Below, piece after piece: positions 1 through 7,818 of a DNA stretch of 21,147 nucleotides (within the stretch, counting starts at the first letter, position 1; each line of letters opens with the position of its first letter). The stretch spans positions 1 to 21,147 of the forward strand of contig JAXDQS010000009.1 of the NCBI GenBank assembly GCA_034667725.1. Reading direction: 5' to 3'. The notes below the pieces were generated by a model. The model was not told where the DNA came from. It saw nothing but the letters and a program-made list of their open reading frames with translations, and made no database searches. This DNA comes from Thermoplasmata archaeon (lineage in GTDB: Archaea > Thermoplasmatota > E2 > JACPAO01 > JAHFTW01). A program made the position numbers and the translations under genes.

Positions 1-134
1 TCCGTTTGGCAATCTGGAGCGTGGCGCCGGCAAGTGGCCGGCCCGCAGGCGTGCTGGAGGCACGGCAAGGGCCGGCCGCGCCGCCGGCGTTCGGCTCCAG
101 GCAGCCAAACGCCAGACGACTTCTGCGGAAGACG

Positions 135-551
135 CTAGGCCGCCGACTCGGGGACCGCGCCCGATGCGTCCGGCACGGGGTCGCCCGGCACGTCGCAGAA
201 CGCGGCCTCCTTGTCCTCGCAGTAGACCTCGAGGCGGCCGTACTCGATCGTCACGACGGTGATGTGGATGCGGTTGCCGCCCCGCATGAGGTGGCCCTTG
301 AGGTGGAGCGTCACGTGCGCGCCCTTGGCGAACACGAACGGCTTGTCCTGGGAGATTTCCTGGAGCCGGACGCGGCCGGCGGAGATGGAGGCAGGTGGGT
401 GCAGGATGCCGTTGACGACCACCTTCGGCGGGGCCACCAGCGTGGCGTTGCGCAGGGTGTTCTGCAGCGTGAACGCGAAGCGGCCCTCCCCGGTCTCCCG
501 CAGCGATCCGCGGCGGTAGAGTTTCCGGAGGACGAAATCCGGAATCTGCAC
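135..551 (-). CDS. Hypothetical protein resembling the stand-alone domain also found N-terminal to some HMG-CoA reductases (DUF6379-like)
   Basis: Probable GTG start at 551 (MQIPDFVLRKLYRRGSLRE...FAFTLQNTLRNATL), with a TATA-like GCTATTT about 26 nt upstream. The 'IPxFxLxxLYxxGSL' start is recalled as typical of this family. The ORF track start is 614. Confidence 0.6.
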   Translation of the reverse strand: MQIPDFVLRKLYRRGSLRETGEGRFAFTLQNTLRNATLVAPPKVVVNGILHPPASISAGRVRLQEISQDKPFVFAKGAHVTLHLKGHLMRGGNRIHITVVTIEYGRLEVYCEDKEAAFCDVPGDPVPDASGAVPESAA

Positions 552-690
552 GCAGATGATTGGCCCAGAGGGACAGAAATAGCCTTGCAATCGCACCGAG
601 CGGAGGGTTTTCATGGCGCCCCGAGGAAAGCACGGGCTTCCGCGGCTTGGAGGCCCGGCGGTTCGGGCGGTTTCAAGGTCTTCCCGGAAC

Positions 691-733
691 CTAGCCGCCC
701 ATCTCGCCAGCGGTCTCCGGCGACTGGAAGCCT
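691..733 (-). repeat. Diverged duplicate of the DP1 3' end (FQSPETAGEMGG*)
   Basis: 691-729 matches 804-842 at 35/39 nt: three synonymous third-position changes plus CAG->TAG. Confidence 0.85.
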
Positions 734-738
734 GACCC

Positions 739-799
739 GGGGGCTGCGCCCCGCGGGTCGCCCGCGCTAGGGCCCCCGCTCGCTACGCTCGGGGGGGCC
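739..799. repeat. REP-like GC-rich palindromic unit
   Basis: Three stacked hairpins: GGGGCTGCGCCCC, CGCGGGTCGCCCGCG and GGCCCCC-GCTCGCTACGCTC-GG-GGGGGCC. Confidence 0.55.
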
Positions 800-800
800 A

Positions 801-2534
801 TCACTGCCCGCCCATCTCGCCCGCCGTCTCCGGCGACTGGAAGTCCACCAGCGTCCCCCGCAGCGTCTGAAGGTCCACCAGCGGCATCCGGGCCGGGTCC
901 GGCGTGAAGTTGAGCATCTTCTGGTAGCCCGTCTGGCTCTGCCAAGTGCCGCAGTTGACCATGTGGACGCCGCGGTAGGTGTCCATGCCCGGGACGTGGA
1001 CGTGGCCGGTCACGAACAGGTCGGGCACCTCGCTGATCACCAGGTAGTCGTGGTGCTCCGGCGCGATCGGCGTGCGCGAGTGTTCGCCGTAGAGCGGCGC
1101 GAGGTGGCGGCTCTGGAGCATCTGCTTCATGATCGGCAGCGGCTTGGCGACCTCCAGGTTGGCGCCCGAGGTGGCGAAGTCGATCAGGCTCGTGCCGTGG
1201 TACCCGAGGGTCGTGACGCCGTGCAGCCGGAAGGTGGCGGGGTTGGCGATGAAGCGGGCGTGGTGGTGGTCGAAGCGGGCGCGGATTTCCTTCGAGAAGC
1301 CCGGCTGCGGCTCGGCGGGGCGGGCGGCGTCGTGGTTGCCGGGCTGGACGACGACCTCGACGTGGTCGGGGACGCTCTTGAGCCAGTCGCCGAACGCGGT
1401 GTACTGGTCGTAGATGTCGGGGATCGACAGCTCGTTCTGCTGGCCGGGGAAGATGCCGACGCCGTCCACCAGGTCGCCGGGGATCACGAGGTACTTGACG
1501 CGCCCCGCGGCGTCGCGCTCCCGCTTCGAGTGGCCGTGGCCCGCGAGCCAGCGCAGCATCCGCTTCCAGTTCTCGTTCAGGAACGTGTGCGAGCCAACGT
1601 GGATGTCTGACAGGAACGCCGCCATCACGGGCGCGTCGGCGCCGCGCTTGCGGTTCGTGTCCGGCAACGGCACGTCCGGCCGCACGATCGACTCCAAGAA
1701 CAGCAGGTCGCCCTTGCTGGACGCCTTGCCGACGACGCCGACGACCTCGTCGGGGATGAGCGTGTCCGCGAACGCCAGCAGCGGGCGGTCGTCCGCGCGC
1801 ACCAACGCCGTGATAGCGCCGCTCTCGTCCTCCAGCTCGATGCGGCGGTGGCCGTTCTTGGTGGTCTCGACCTCGATCACCATGCCGATGGCCTGGACCT
1901 CCTGCGCCCCCGCCTTGATGCGCTCGATGGGCGCCGCGTTCCGCAGCTCGCGCCGCTGCCGCAGCATCTTGGAAATCTGGCGGTAGCGGTCCTGGAAATA
2001 GGTCACGAAGTCGGCGGTCGTGCCCTCGCAGGTCGAGTTGCCGGTCATGTCGGCCACGACCTCGAGCCGCCCCGCGTGCTCGGCGGCCACCGGCCGCCAC
2101 TCGCCCCGCGGCGCGACCCGGAACGCGCGCGCCTCGACGGCGGCATCGTGCGCCTCCGCCTCGACGGCGCCGGCGGCCTCGGCCTCCTCGGCGTCCTCCT
2201 CCTTCGGCGCGCTGTCGTACACCAGCTCGGCCGCGCGCCGCAGCGCCTCGCGGCGGGCGCGCTCGGCCTCCGGGTCCCGCCCGGCGGGGGCGGGCGGCGG
2301 GGCCGGCGGGCCGGCGCGCTCCAGCGCCTGCTGCTCCAGCCGCTGCCAGAGGTCCGTGGTGAAGTGGAACGGGACCTCCTGCAAGGCGCCGAGGATGGCC
2401 TGGACGCGCGGCGGGCCGTCGGGCGAGGAGGCCAGCTCGGCCAGCAGGGCGGGGTCCGCGAGGGCGCCATGCGACCCGAACAGCGCCACGAGCTCGGCGC
2501 GGCGGTCGGTGCCCTCCAGCACGGCCTCTGGCAT
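801..2534 (-). CDS. polB: DNA polymerase D (Pol II) small subunit DP1, proofreading exonuclease
   Basis: OB-fold segment (IGMVIEVETTKNGHRRIELEDESG) and calcineurin-like phosphoesterase motifs SDIHVGS, GDLVDG, GNHD, YHG, GHVH and NCGTWQSQT. Start ATG at 2534 (MPEAVLE); the longer ORF overlaps the hydrolase gene. Confidence 0.95.
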   Translation of the reverse strand: MPEAVLEGTDRRAELVALFGSHGALADPALLAELASSPDGPPRVQAILGALQEVPFHFTTDLWQRLEQQALERAGPPAPPPAPAGRDPEAERARREALRRAAELVYDSAPKEEDAEEAEAAGAVEAEAHDAAVEARAFRVAPRGEWRPVAAEHAGRLEVVADMTGNSTCEGTTADFVTYFQDRYRQISKMLRQRRELRNAAPIERIKAGAQEVQAIGMVIEVETTKNGHRRIELEDESGAITALVRADDRPLLAFADTLIPDEVVGVVGKASSKGDLLFLESIVRPDVPLPDTNRKRGADAPVMAAFLSDIHVGSHTFLNENWKRMLRWLAGHGHSKRERDAAGRVKYLVIPGDLVDGVGIFPGQQNELSIPDIYDQYTAFGDWLKSVPDHVEVVVQPGNHDAARPAEPQPGFSKEIRARFDHHHARFIANPATFRLHGVTTLGYHGTSLIDFATSGANLEVAKPLPIMKQMLQSRHLAPLYGEHSRTPIAPEHHDYLVISEVPDLFVTGHVHVPGMDTYRGVHMVNCGTWQSQTGYQKMLNFTPDPARMPLVDLQTLRGTLVDFQSPETAGEMGGQ

Positions 2535-2578
2535 CCCGTCCGTTTGGACTCCGGCGCGGGGGAAAAGGCCTCCCCCGG

Positions 2579-3199
2579 CTACCCGAGAACGGGCAAGACG
2601 TCCGCCAGCACCTCGGGGTTGCGCGCCGGCTCCAGGAAGTGGCCGCCGCCCGGGATCAGCGAGAGGCTGGCGGGCCGCGGGAAGGCGGCGGCGAGGCGGC
2701 GCGCGTCCTCGAACGGCACCAGCGGGTCGCCCTCGCCGGCCACCAGGTGGACCCGGCCGGCCGTGCAGCGCCGCGCGTCGTCGAGCGGCGCCAGCCGCGA
2801 CTCCATGACGTCGACGGGGGCCGCGACGCCCACGAGCGTCGGCACCGCGGCCTCGGCCGCCAGCCGGCACGCGACGGCGCCGCCGAACGAGTAGCCGACG
2901 ACGGCGGGCGCCTGCCCGGTCGCCGCGCGCAGGTGGTCCCACGCGGCGCGCGCGTCGGCCGCCTCGCCGACGCCGTGCGCGTAGCGGCCCTCGCTGCGGC
3001 CGACGCCGCGGAAGTCGAACCGCAGCGCCCGGAAGCCGGCGGCGCCAAGCCCCGCCGCAAGGTCGTAGACCAGCCGCGAGCCCATCGTGCCGCCGAACAA
3101 CGGATGCGGGTGCAGCAGCAGCACCGGCCGCCCCGCGGCGGGGCCGTGCAGGCGGGCGTCCAGCCGGCCGGCGGGCCCCTGGAGGAACAGCGACTCCAA
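2579..3199 (-). CDS. Alpha/beta-fold hydrolase (HPHP..GGTM family)
   Basis: Motifs GPAGRL, HPHPLFGGTM, RFDFRGVGRSEG, nucleophile elbow GYSFGG, Asp in GEGDPLV and His in GGGHF. Probable TTG start at 3199 with CTTATG about 25 nt upstream. Confidence 0.9.
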   Translation of the reverse strand: MESLFLQGPAGRLDARLHGPAAGRPVLLLHPHPLFGGTMGSRLVYDLAAGLGAAGFRALRFDFRGVGRSEGRYAHGVGEAADARAAWDHLRAATGQAPAVVGYSFGGAVACRLAAEAAVPTLVGVAAPVDVMESRLAPLDDARRCTAGRVHLVAGEGDPLVPFEDARRLAAAFPRPASLSLIPGGGHFLEPARNPEVLADVLPVLG

Positions 3200-3304
3200 C
3201 GGGGCCGTCCAGGACCCGCACGGCCATAAGCGAGGCGGGGCATCCTTCGCCTGCGATGCGCCCCCAAGGCCCGCCCAGAAGACGGCAGTGAGCACTGCAT
3301 CCCT

Positions 3305-3379
3305 GGGCGCGTGGCCAAGCTTGGATACGGCGCCGGCCTTCTAAGCCGGAGAACGCGGGTTCGAATCCCGCCGCGCCCG
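3305..3379 (+). tRNA. tRNA-Arg (anticodon TCT)
   Basis: Acceptor stem GGGCGCG/CGCGCCC, anticodon arm CCGGC-CTTCTAA-GCCGG, T arm GCGGG-TTCGAAT-CCCGC. CCA is not encoded. Confidence 0.96.
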
Positions 3380-3400
3380 TGCGAAGCGAGCCGGGCAGGA

Positions 3401-3423
3401 GCGGGTTCGATCCCCGCGCCCCC
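3401..3423 (+). repeat. Degenerate copy of the tRNA T-arm/3' end (att-like scar)
   Basis: GCGGGTTCGATCCCCGCGCCCCC versus tRNA 3355-3378 GCGGGTTCGAATCCCGCCGCGCCC. Confidence 0.65.
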
Positions 3424-4653
3424 TCAATGCCGCGTGTACGGCGCCGACGTCACCCGCGCGTAGTAGTACTTCGCGTCCTGCACTTGGCTGTGGATCTCGA
3501 CTTCCTTGCCGAACGGCACGGTGCGCAGGTCGAGGTGCAGGGTGCATTGGGCGCTGTCGCCGGGGACCATGGCGCCGACGGGGCATTTGTCGGAGTCGAG
3601 GTAGCGGCCGTCGGCGGCGGCGATGCCGGCGAACATCTCGATGCCGGTGGCGTCCGCGGAGCCGACGGCGTGCGCGGTCAGGGTCAGCGCCTGGATGCCG
3701 CCCTCGACGGCGCCGTACTCGACGTCGAGCGTGAACAGCGGCTGCGGGACCAGGTCGAACACCTCCATCTCGGTGCCGGCGTACTCGTCGGGGACCTCGC
3801 CGATGCGCCAGCCGTGGCCGGTGGTCTCGGCGTAGAGGTAGGGCTGGGAGCCGACCATGATGGTGCGGCCGTCGGAGACCTGGGCGGCAACGCCGACGCC
3901 CATGTGCGCCGGGGGCGACAGCAGCACGGCGCCGTAGCCCAGCGCCTGCACGAGGCTGGCGTAGAGGATGCTGGTGTCCTCGCAGTCGCCGCCTTCGTCC
4001 ACCAAGGTCTCTAGCGGATAGCGGGGGTATTCGTCGTAGCCGGCGGTGACGGCGTCCTGGGTGTAGGTGAGGCTCTGCACGAACGCGAGCGCGAACGACA
4101 GGGTCTCGTCGGTGCTCCAGCCCTCCTCGTCGGCGGCCTCCTGCAGCCGGGCGGCCAGCTCGTCGATGTAGGCGTCGTCGTCGGGGGTGGTCACGAAGAT
4201 GTCGTAGGCCATCTGGCGGACCCGGACGCCGTCCTCGTCGAAGTTGCGCACCGGCCGCTCCGCGCCGTGGAACCGCGCGTACACCTCGTCGGGGATGCGC
4301 AGCTCGAACGTCCAGGTCAGGCCGCCGTAGTCCCAGGCGTAGCTGCGCAGGTAGGCGCCGTCCACGGCGGGGGCCGGGTCATGGGGCGGCGCCGTGTCGG
4401 GGCCGAGGCTGCGGAAGCCCGGCAGCTGCTCGTCGGAGACGTAGCCGAACGCCATCATGCCGGCCACCGCCGCCAGCCCCGCCAGCGACAGCACCAAAAG
4501 CAGCGCCACGGCGGTGCGCAGCCCGCCTGGGGGCGCGCGCCGGGGGCCGGGCGGGCGGCCGCGGTTGCGGCAGCGCGGGCAGCCGAGGAGGCCGTTGGCC
4601 TGGCGCACCGGCACGACGGCGGCGTGGCAGAACGGGCAGGTGCGCTCCTGCAA
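3424..4653 (-). CDS. Membrane-anchored transglutaminase-like (cysteine protease fold) protein with N-terminal zinc ribbon
   Basis: CPFC...CPRC zinc ribbon, one TM helix, then FVQSLTY, YPRYPLETL, GDCEDTSILYASL (Cys), HMGVGV (His) and YLYAETT. Confidence 0.85.
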   Translation of the reverse strand: MQERTCPFCHAAVVPVRQANGLLGCPRCRNRGRPPGPRRAPPGGLRTAVALLLVLSLAGLAAVAGMMAFGYVSDEQLPGFRSLGPDTAPPHDPAPAVDGAYLRSYAWDYGGLTWTFELRIPDEVYARFHGAERPVRNFDEDGVRVRQMAYDIFVTTPDDDAYIDELAARLQEAADEEGWSTDETLSFALAFVQSLTYTQDAVTAGYDEYPRYPLETLVDEGGDCEDTSILYASLVQALGYGAVLLSPPAHMGVGVAAQVSDGRTIMVGSQPYLYAETTGHGWRIGEVPDEYAGTEMEVFDLVPQPLFTLDVEYGAVEGGIQALTLTAHAVGSADATGIEMFAGIAAADGRYLDSDKCPVGAMVPGDSAQCTLHLDLRTVPFGKEVEIHSQVQDAKYYYARVTSAPYTRH

Positions 4654-4742
4654 GGCAGGCGAAGACCTTCGGGCGGCCGGTTAAGCATTGGCCACGGGTC
4701 CATGTGGGCAAGGTGATGAACGGGGGCGCCGTTGCCGCGGCC

Positions 4743-4937
4743 ATGCAAGCCAACGTGCTGCTGGACGGCCTGTTCGGCGTCATTCCATGGTCCATCGTGG
4801 CCATCCTTGTGGTGGTCGCCATCGGCCTGCTGTTGATCCGGGCGGCCTTCACGTTGGTCAAGGTGCTGGTCATCGTCGCCATCGGCGTCGGCATCTACCT
4901 CATCGTCAAGTTCCTGCTCAACGACTTCGCGATGTGA
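4743..4937 (+). CDS. Small integral membrane protein (2 TM)
   Basis: MQANVLLDGLFGVIPWSIVAILVVVAIGLLLIRAAFTLVKVLVIVAIGVGIYLIVKFLL, with GC3-rich codons. The start could be 4704, 4716 or 4743. Confidence 0.75.
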   Translation: MQANVLLDGLFGVIPWSIVAILVVVAIGLLLIRAAFTLVKVLVIVAIGVGIYLIVKFLLNDFAM

Positions 4938-5496
4938 GGGGCAGGCCCGCCAGGATGGCGCGGGCCACCGGGTCGTCGGCCGCCAGGTCGCCGGCCACCC
5001 ACGCGGACACCTCGGGCATGGGCAGCCCCGCGGCGCGCACGGCGTCCAGCGCCGGCCCTGCCGCCTCGAGGGCGTCGCCGGGGTCGCGGTTGGTGAGGGC
5101 GGCCACCCGCACCGGCGCCTCCGGGGCGTTCGGGTCGTCGTCGGGGTGGCGCCACAGCACCAGCCGCGTGACGCCCGCCGGCCACAGGTAGGCGCGCGCC
5201 ACCGTCGCCGCCACCGCCTGCCGCAGGTCCGGCACCACCAGGCAGTCGAGCCACGCCCCCGCCGGCGTGCCGGGCAGGAAGCGGGCGGCCAGGTCGCGGC
5301 CCGGCCGCACCGCCTCGACGGCGCCGAGGGCGGCCAGCTCGCGCACGGCGCGGCTGGCGACCGTCGGCGCGACGTCGGCGAAGCGGGCCAGCTCGCGCAC
5401 CGTCCAGGCGCGGCGCGGGTTGCGTCGCAGCGCCTCGACGACGGCGCCGCGGCCGCGCCGGCCCAGCAGGGCCAGCAGTGGGTTCTCTTCCAGCAC
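4918..5496 (-). CDS. Winged-helix HTH protein with degenerate nucleotidyltransferase-like C-terminal domain
   Basis: wHTH: AVVEALRRNPRRAWTVRELARFADVAPTVASRAVRELAALGAVE. The C-terminal topology resembles archaeal HTH-MNT fusions. GTG start inferred at 5496. Confidence 0.7.
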   Translation of the reverse strand: MLEENPLLALLGRRGRGAVVEALRRNPRRAWTVRELARFADVAPTVASRAVRELAALGAVEAVRPGRDLAARFLPGTPAGAWLDCLVVPDLRQAVAATVARAYLWPAGVTRLVLWRHPDDDPNAPEAPVRVAALTNRDPGDALEAAGPALDAVRAAGLPMPEVSAWVAGDLAADDPVARAILAGLPLTSRSR

Positions 5497-5577
5497 AGGC
5501 TTTGCACCAAATCTGGCACAAAAGCCATTCCCTCCTGGGCTGGCGGCGCGTGGTGGTTTGCCTTGCCCCCGCTCCCT

Positions 5578-5586
5578 CTTATACGA
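5578..5586 (+). promoter_or_regulatory. TATA box of rps3ae (leaderless)
   Basis: CTTATACG about 25 nt before ATG 5607, in otherwise GC-rich DNA. Confidence 0.65.
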
Positions 5587-5606
5587 CCTGTTTGTCGCCC
5601 GCGACC

Positions 5607-6347
5607 ATGGCACTCGCCCGCGCCCGCCAGGCCGCCCGCCGCACCAAGGACCGCTGGAAGTCGAAGCAGTGGTTCAAGGTCACCGCCCCCGCCAGCTTCA
5701 ACAACACCGTGCTCGCCGAGACCCTCGCCGACGAGGCCCCCAAGCTCCAAGGCCGCACCGTCGAGGTCACCCTCACCGAGCTCACCGGCGACATGAAGCA
5801 GATGCACATCAAGCTCAGCTTCCAGGTCACCGACGTGCAGGACCTCAACGCCCGCACCCAGTTCGTCGGCCACACCATGACCAGCGACTACATCCGCCGC
5901 CTCACCCGCCGCGGCAACTCGAAGATCCCCGCGGTCTTCGACCTCCAGACCAAGGACGGCAGCCGCGTCCGCGTCAAGCCGTTCGCGGTCACCGACCGCC
6001 GCTGCCAGACCACCCAGGCGCAGGAGATCCGCCGCATCATGGGCGCCCTCTTGACCGAGTCCGCCGAGAAGAACAACCTCTCCGGCTTCCTCGCGGACGT
6101 CCTCATGGGCGACCTCACCAACCGGATGTTCAAGGAGGCCCGCAAGGTCCACCCCGTGCGCCGCATCGAGATCGCCAAGAGCGAGATGATGTCGGCCCCC
6201 ACCATCGAGGTCGACGAGACCCCCGTCATCAAGCTCGCCGCCCCCGAGGCGCCCGCCGCCGAGGGCGAGGGCGTCGCCCCGATGGACGCCGGCGAAGAAG
6301 GCGAGAAGGTCGTCGAGGACCTCGCCGCCGGCGACGAAGAGGAGTAA
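5607..6347 (+). CDS. rps3ae: 30S ribosomal protein S3Ae (eS1)
   Basis: KDRWKSKQWFKVTAPASF, GRTVEVTLTELTGD, DYIRRLTRRGNSKI and KVHPVRRIEIAKSE, with an acidic tail and strongly biased codon usage. Confidence 0.97.
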   Translation: MALARARQAARRTKDRWKSKQWFKVTAPASFNNTVLAETLADEAPKLQGRTVEVTLTELTGDMKQMHIKLSFQVTDVQDLNARTQFVGHTMTSDYIRRLTRRGNSKIPAVFDLQTKDGSRVRVKPFAVTDRRCQTTQAQEIRRIMGALLTESAEKNNLSGFLADVLMGDLTNRMFKEARKVHPVRRIEIAKSEMMSAPTIEVDETPVIKLAAPEAPAAEGEGVAPMDAGEEGEKVVEDLAAGDEEE

Positions 6348-6350
6348 GGC

Positions 6351-6390
6351 TCCCCTTCCGTCCCTTTTCCCCTCCTCCTCCCGTTTCTTC
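6351..6390 (+). terminator. Pyrimidine-rich archaeal-type terminator region after rps3ae
   Basis: CCCCTTCCGTCCCTTTTCCCCTCCTCCTCCCGTTTCTT lies between convergent genes. Confidence 0.45.
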
Positions 6391-6392
6391 GG

Positions 6393-7502
6393 CTACGCCT
6401 TGGGCTTGCGCGCCCGCGGCGCCGGCTTGCCGTGCCCGCACGCGGCGCACACCGGCTTCTGCCCCGCCTGCACCGCCACCGTGGCCGAGCACTTCGGGCA
6501 CACCAGCACGCGGGTCGCGACCTGGAAGCCGTCCTCGTCGGGCTGGGCCTGCGCCTGCGTCGGCACCGCGACCAGGCCGGCCGCCGCCACCGTCGCAAGC
6601 GGGCCGTGCGCGGCCAGGCGCGGCAGGTCGTTGCCGTCGAAGCCCTCCGGCACCTCGCCGGTGGTGGCGTACCAGTAGAGCACGGCGCGCATCGCGGCCG
6701 CGGTGCTGGAGGCGAGCGCGAACAGGATGGCGCCCGACACCAGCACGATGCTGACCGACACCCACTCGTCGGCGCCCATCATGCCGCGCAGGATGCTCTG
6801 GGCGAACATGTTGAACAGGAACCAGGTGGCGCCGAACGCCAGGCCGGTCCCGACCAGGAGGCCGCTCCAGGTCTTGCGGACGTTGCGCCACGCCGACTTG
6901 AAGGCCCCCACCGCGCCGGCGCGCTCGTAGATGATGATGGGCAGCATGAGGTACGTCACGGCGGTCAGCACGAGGCGGACGGCGCCCCGGATGAAGCGGC
7001 CCAGGAGCGGGATGCGGCCGAGGACGAAGGTGAGGCGGTGCACCAGCGCCAGCACGAAGGCGTTGAACATCGCCAGCAGGAAGATGCGGTGCAGGTTGCG
7101 GCCGGCCAGCCTGAACGCCGCCCCGAAGTCCACTTGCCGGGTGCGGATCTGCTGGGTGGCGACGTCCATGCCGACCGTCGTGAAGAACAGCGTCGCGGTG
7201 AGGGCGAAGGTCATCCAGACGCCCCAGAGGATGTAGCCCTCGGTGATGAACGCCCACACGGCCGCCTCCTGGTTGCCGTCGTTCCACATCCCAAGCGGCA
7301 CGGCCCACAGCCACTCCATGAACGCCTGGAACTGCGCCGGGTTGTTCTCCGCCTGCCACACCAGGAACTGGATGGGCGCCACGATCAGCGCCGCGACCGT
7401 CACCAAGGTCAAGAGCGGCAGCAGCAGGACCACGGGGTTGCGGAACACCAGGCGGAACGACGCCCCGGTCAGGCGGAGGCTGGTCGAGACCGACTCGAAC
7501 AT
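6393..7502 (-). CDS. DUF6159-like multi-pass membrane protein with C-terminal zinc ribbon
   Basis: N-terminus SLRLTGASFRLVFRNPVVLLLPLL; motifs TYLMLPIIIYE, AFKSAWRNVRKTW and AVLYWYATTGEVPEGF; tail CPKC...CAAC. Confidence 0.8.
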   Translation of the reverse strand: MFESVSTSLRLTGASFRLVFRNPVVLLLPLLTLVTVAALIVAPIQFLVWQAENNPAQFQAFMEWLWAVPLGMWNDGNQEAAVWAFITEGYILWGVWMTFALTATLFFTTVGMDVATQQIRTRQVDFGAAFRLAGRNLHRIFLLAMFNAFVLALVHRLTFVLGRIPLLGRFIRGAVRLVLTAVTYLMLPIIIYERAGAVGAFKSAWRNVRKTWSGLLVGTGLAFGATWFLFNMFAQSILRGMMGADEWVSVSIVLVSGAILFALASSTAAAMRAVLYWYATTGEVPEGFDGNDLPRLAAHGPLATVAAAGLVAVPTQAQAQPDEDGFQVATRVLVCPKCSATVAVQAGQKPVCAACGHGKPAPRARKPKA

Positions 7503-7549
7503 GCCCTGCGACCTGGATTCCCGCTAGAAGAACGTTGGCAACGTCGCCA

Positions 7550-7774
7550 TCAGGCGCGGCGCCGCTGCATCTCTTGGATGGTCTCGACGATGTCCGTGAG
7601 GTAGGTCAGCGCCTGCTGGGCGTGCTGCGCCTTCTCCCCCAACGAGTCCGCCTCCTGGGCCCACAACAGGAGGATGCGGATGTCCTCGATGTTCTTGTTG
7701 ACCGTGAGCTTGAGGGAGTCCTCGTAGAGCTGGTTGTCGCGGGGCGGGGCGGGGAAGCCCGGCGGCATGGCCAT
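7550..7774 (-). CDS. Small hypothetical helical protein
   Basis: MAMPPGFPAPPRDNQLYEDSLKLTVNKNIEDIRILLLWAQE...; protein-like composition and typical codon bias. Confidence 0.7.
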   Translation of the reverse strand: MAMPPGFPAPPRDNQLYEDSLKLTVNKNIEDIRILLLWAQEADSLGEKAQHAQQALTYLTDIVETIQEMQRRRA

Positions 7775-7818
7775 GGCCCCGTCCACACCGCTGTACCTCT
7801 TGAAGTGGCTGGAACGCG

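Noticed and set aside
34-79. SRP RNA helix 8 within the 5' hairpin (GCAGG...GGAG...GCAA)
   Set aside because: Stem length and the AGCA strand do not match the conserved SRP motif.
2535-3227. N-terminal extension making DP1 808 aa
   Set aside because: It is an Arg/Gly-rich off-frame translation overlapping the well-supported hydrolase gene.
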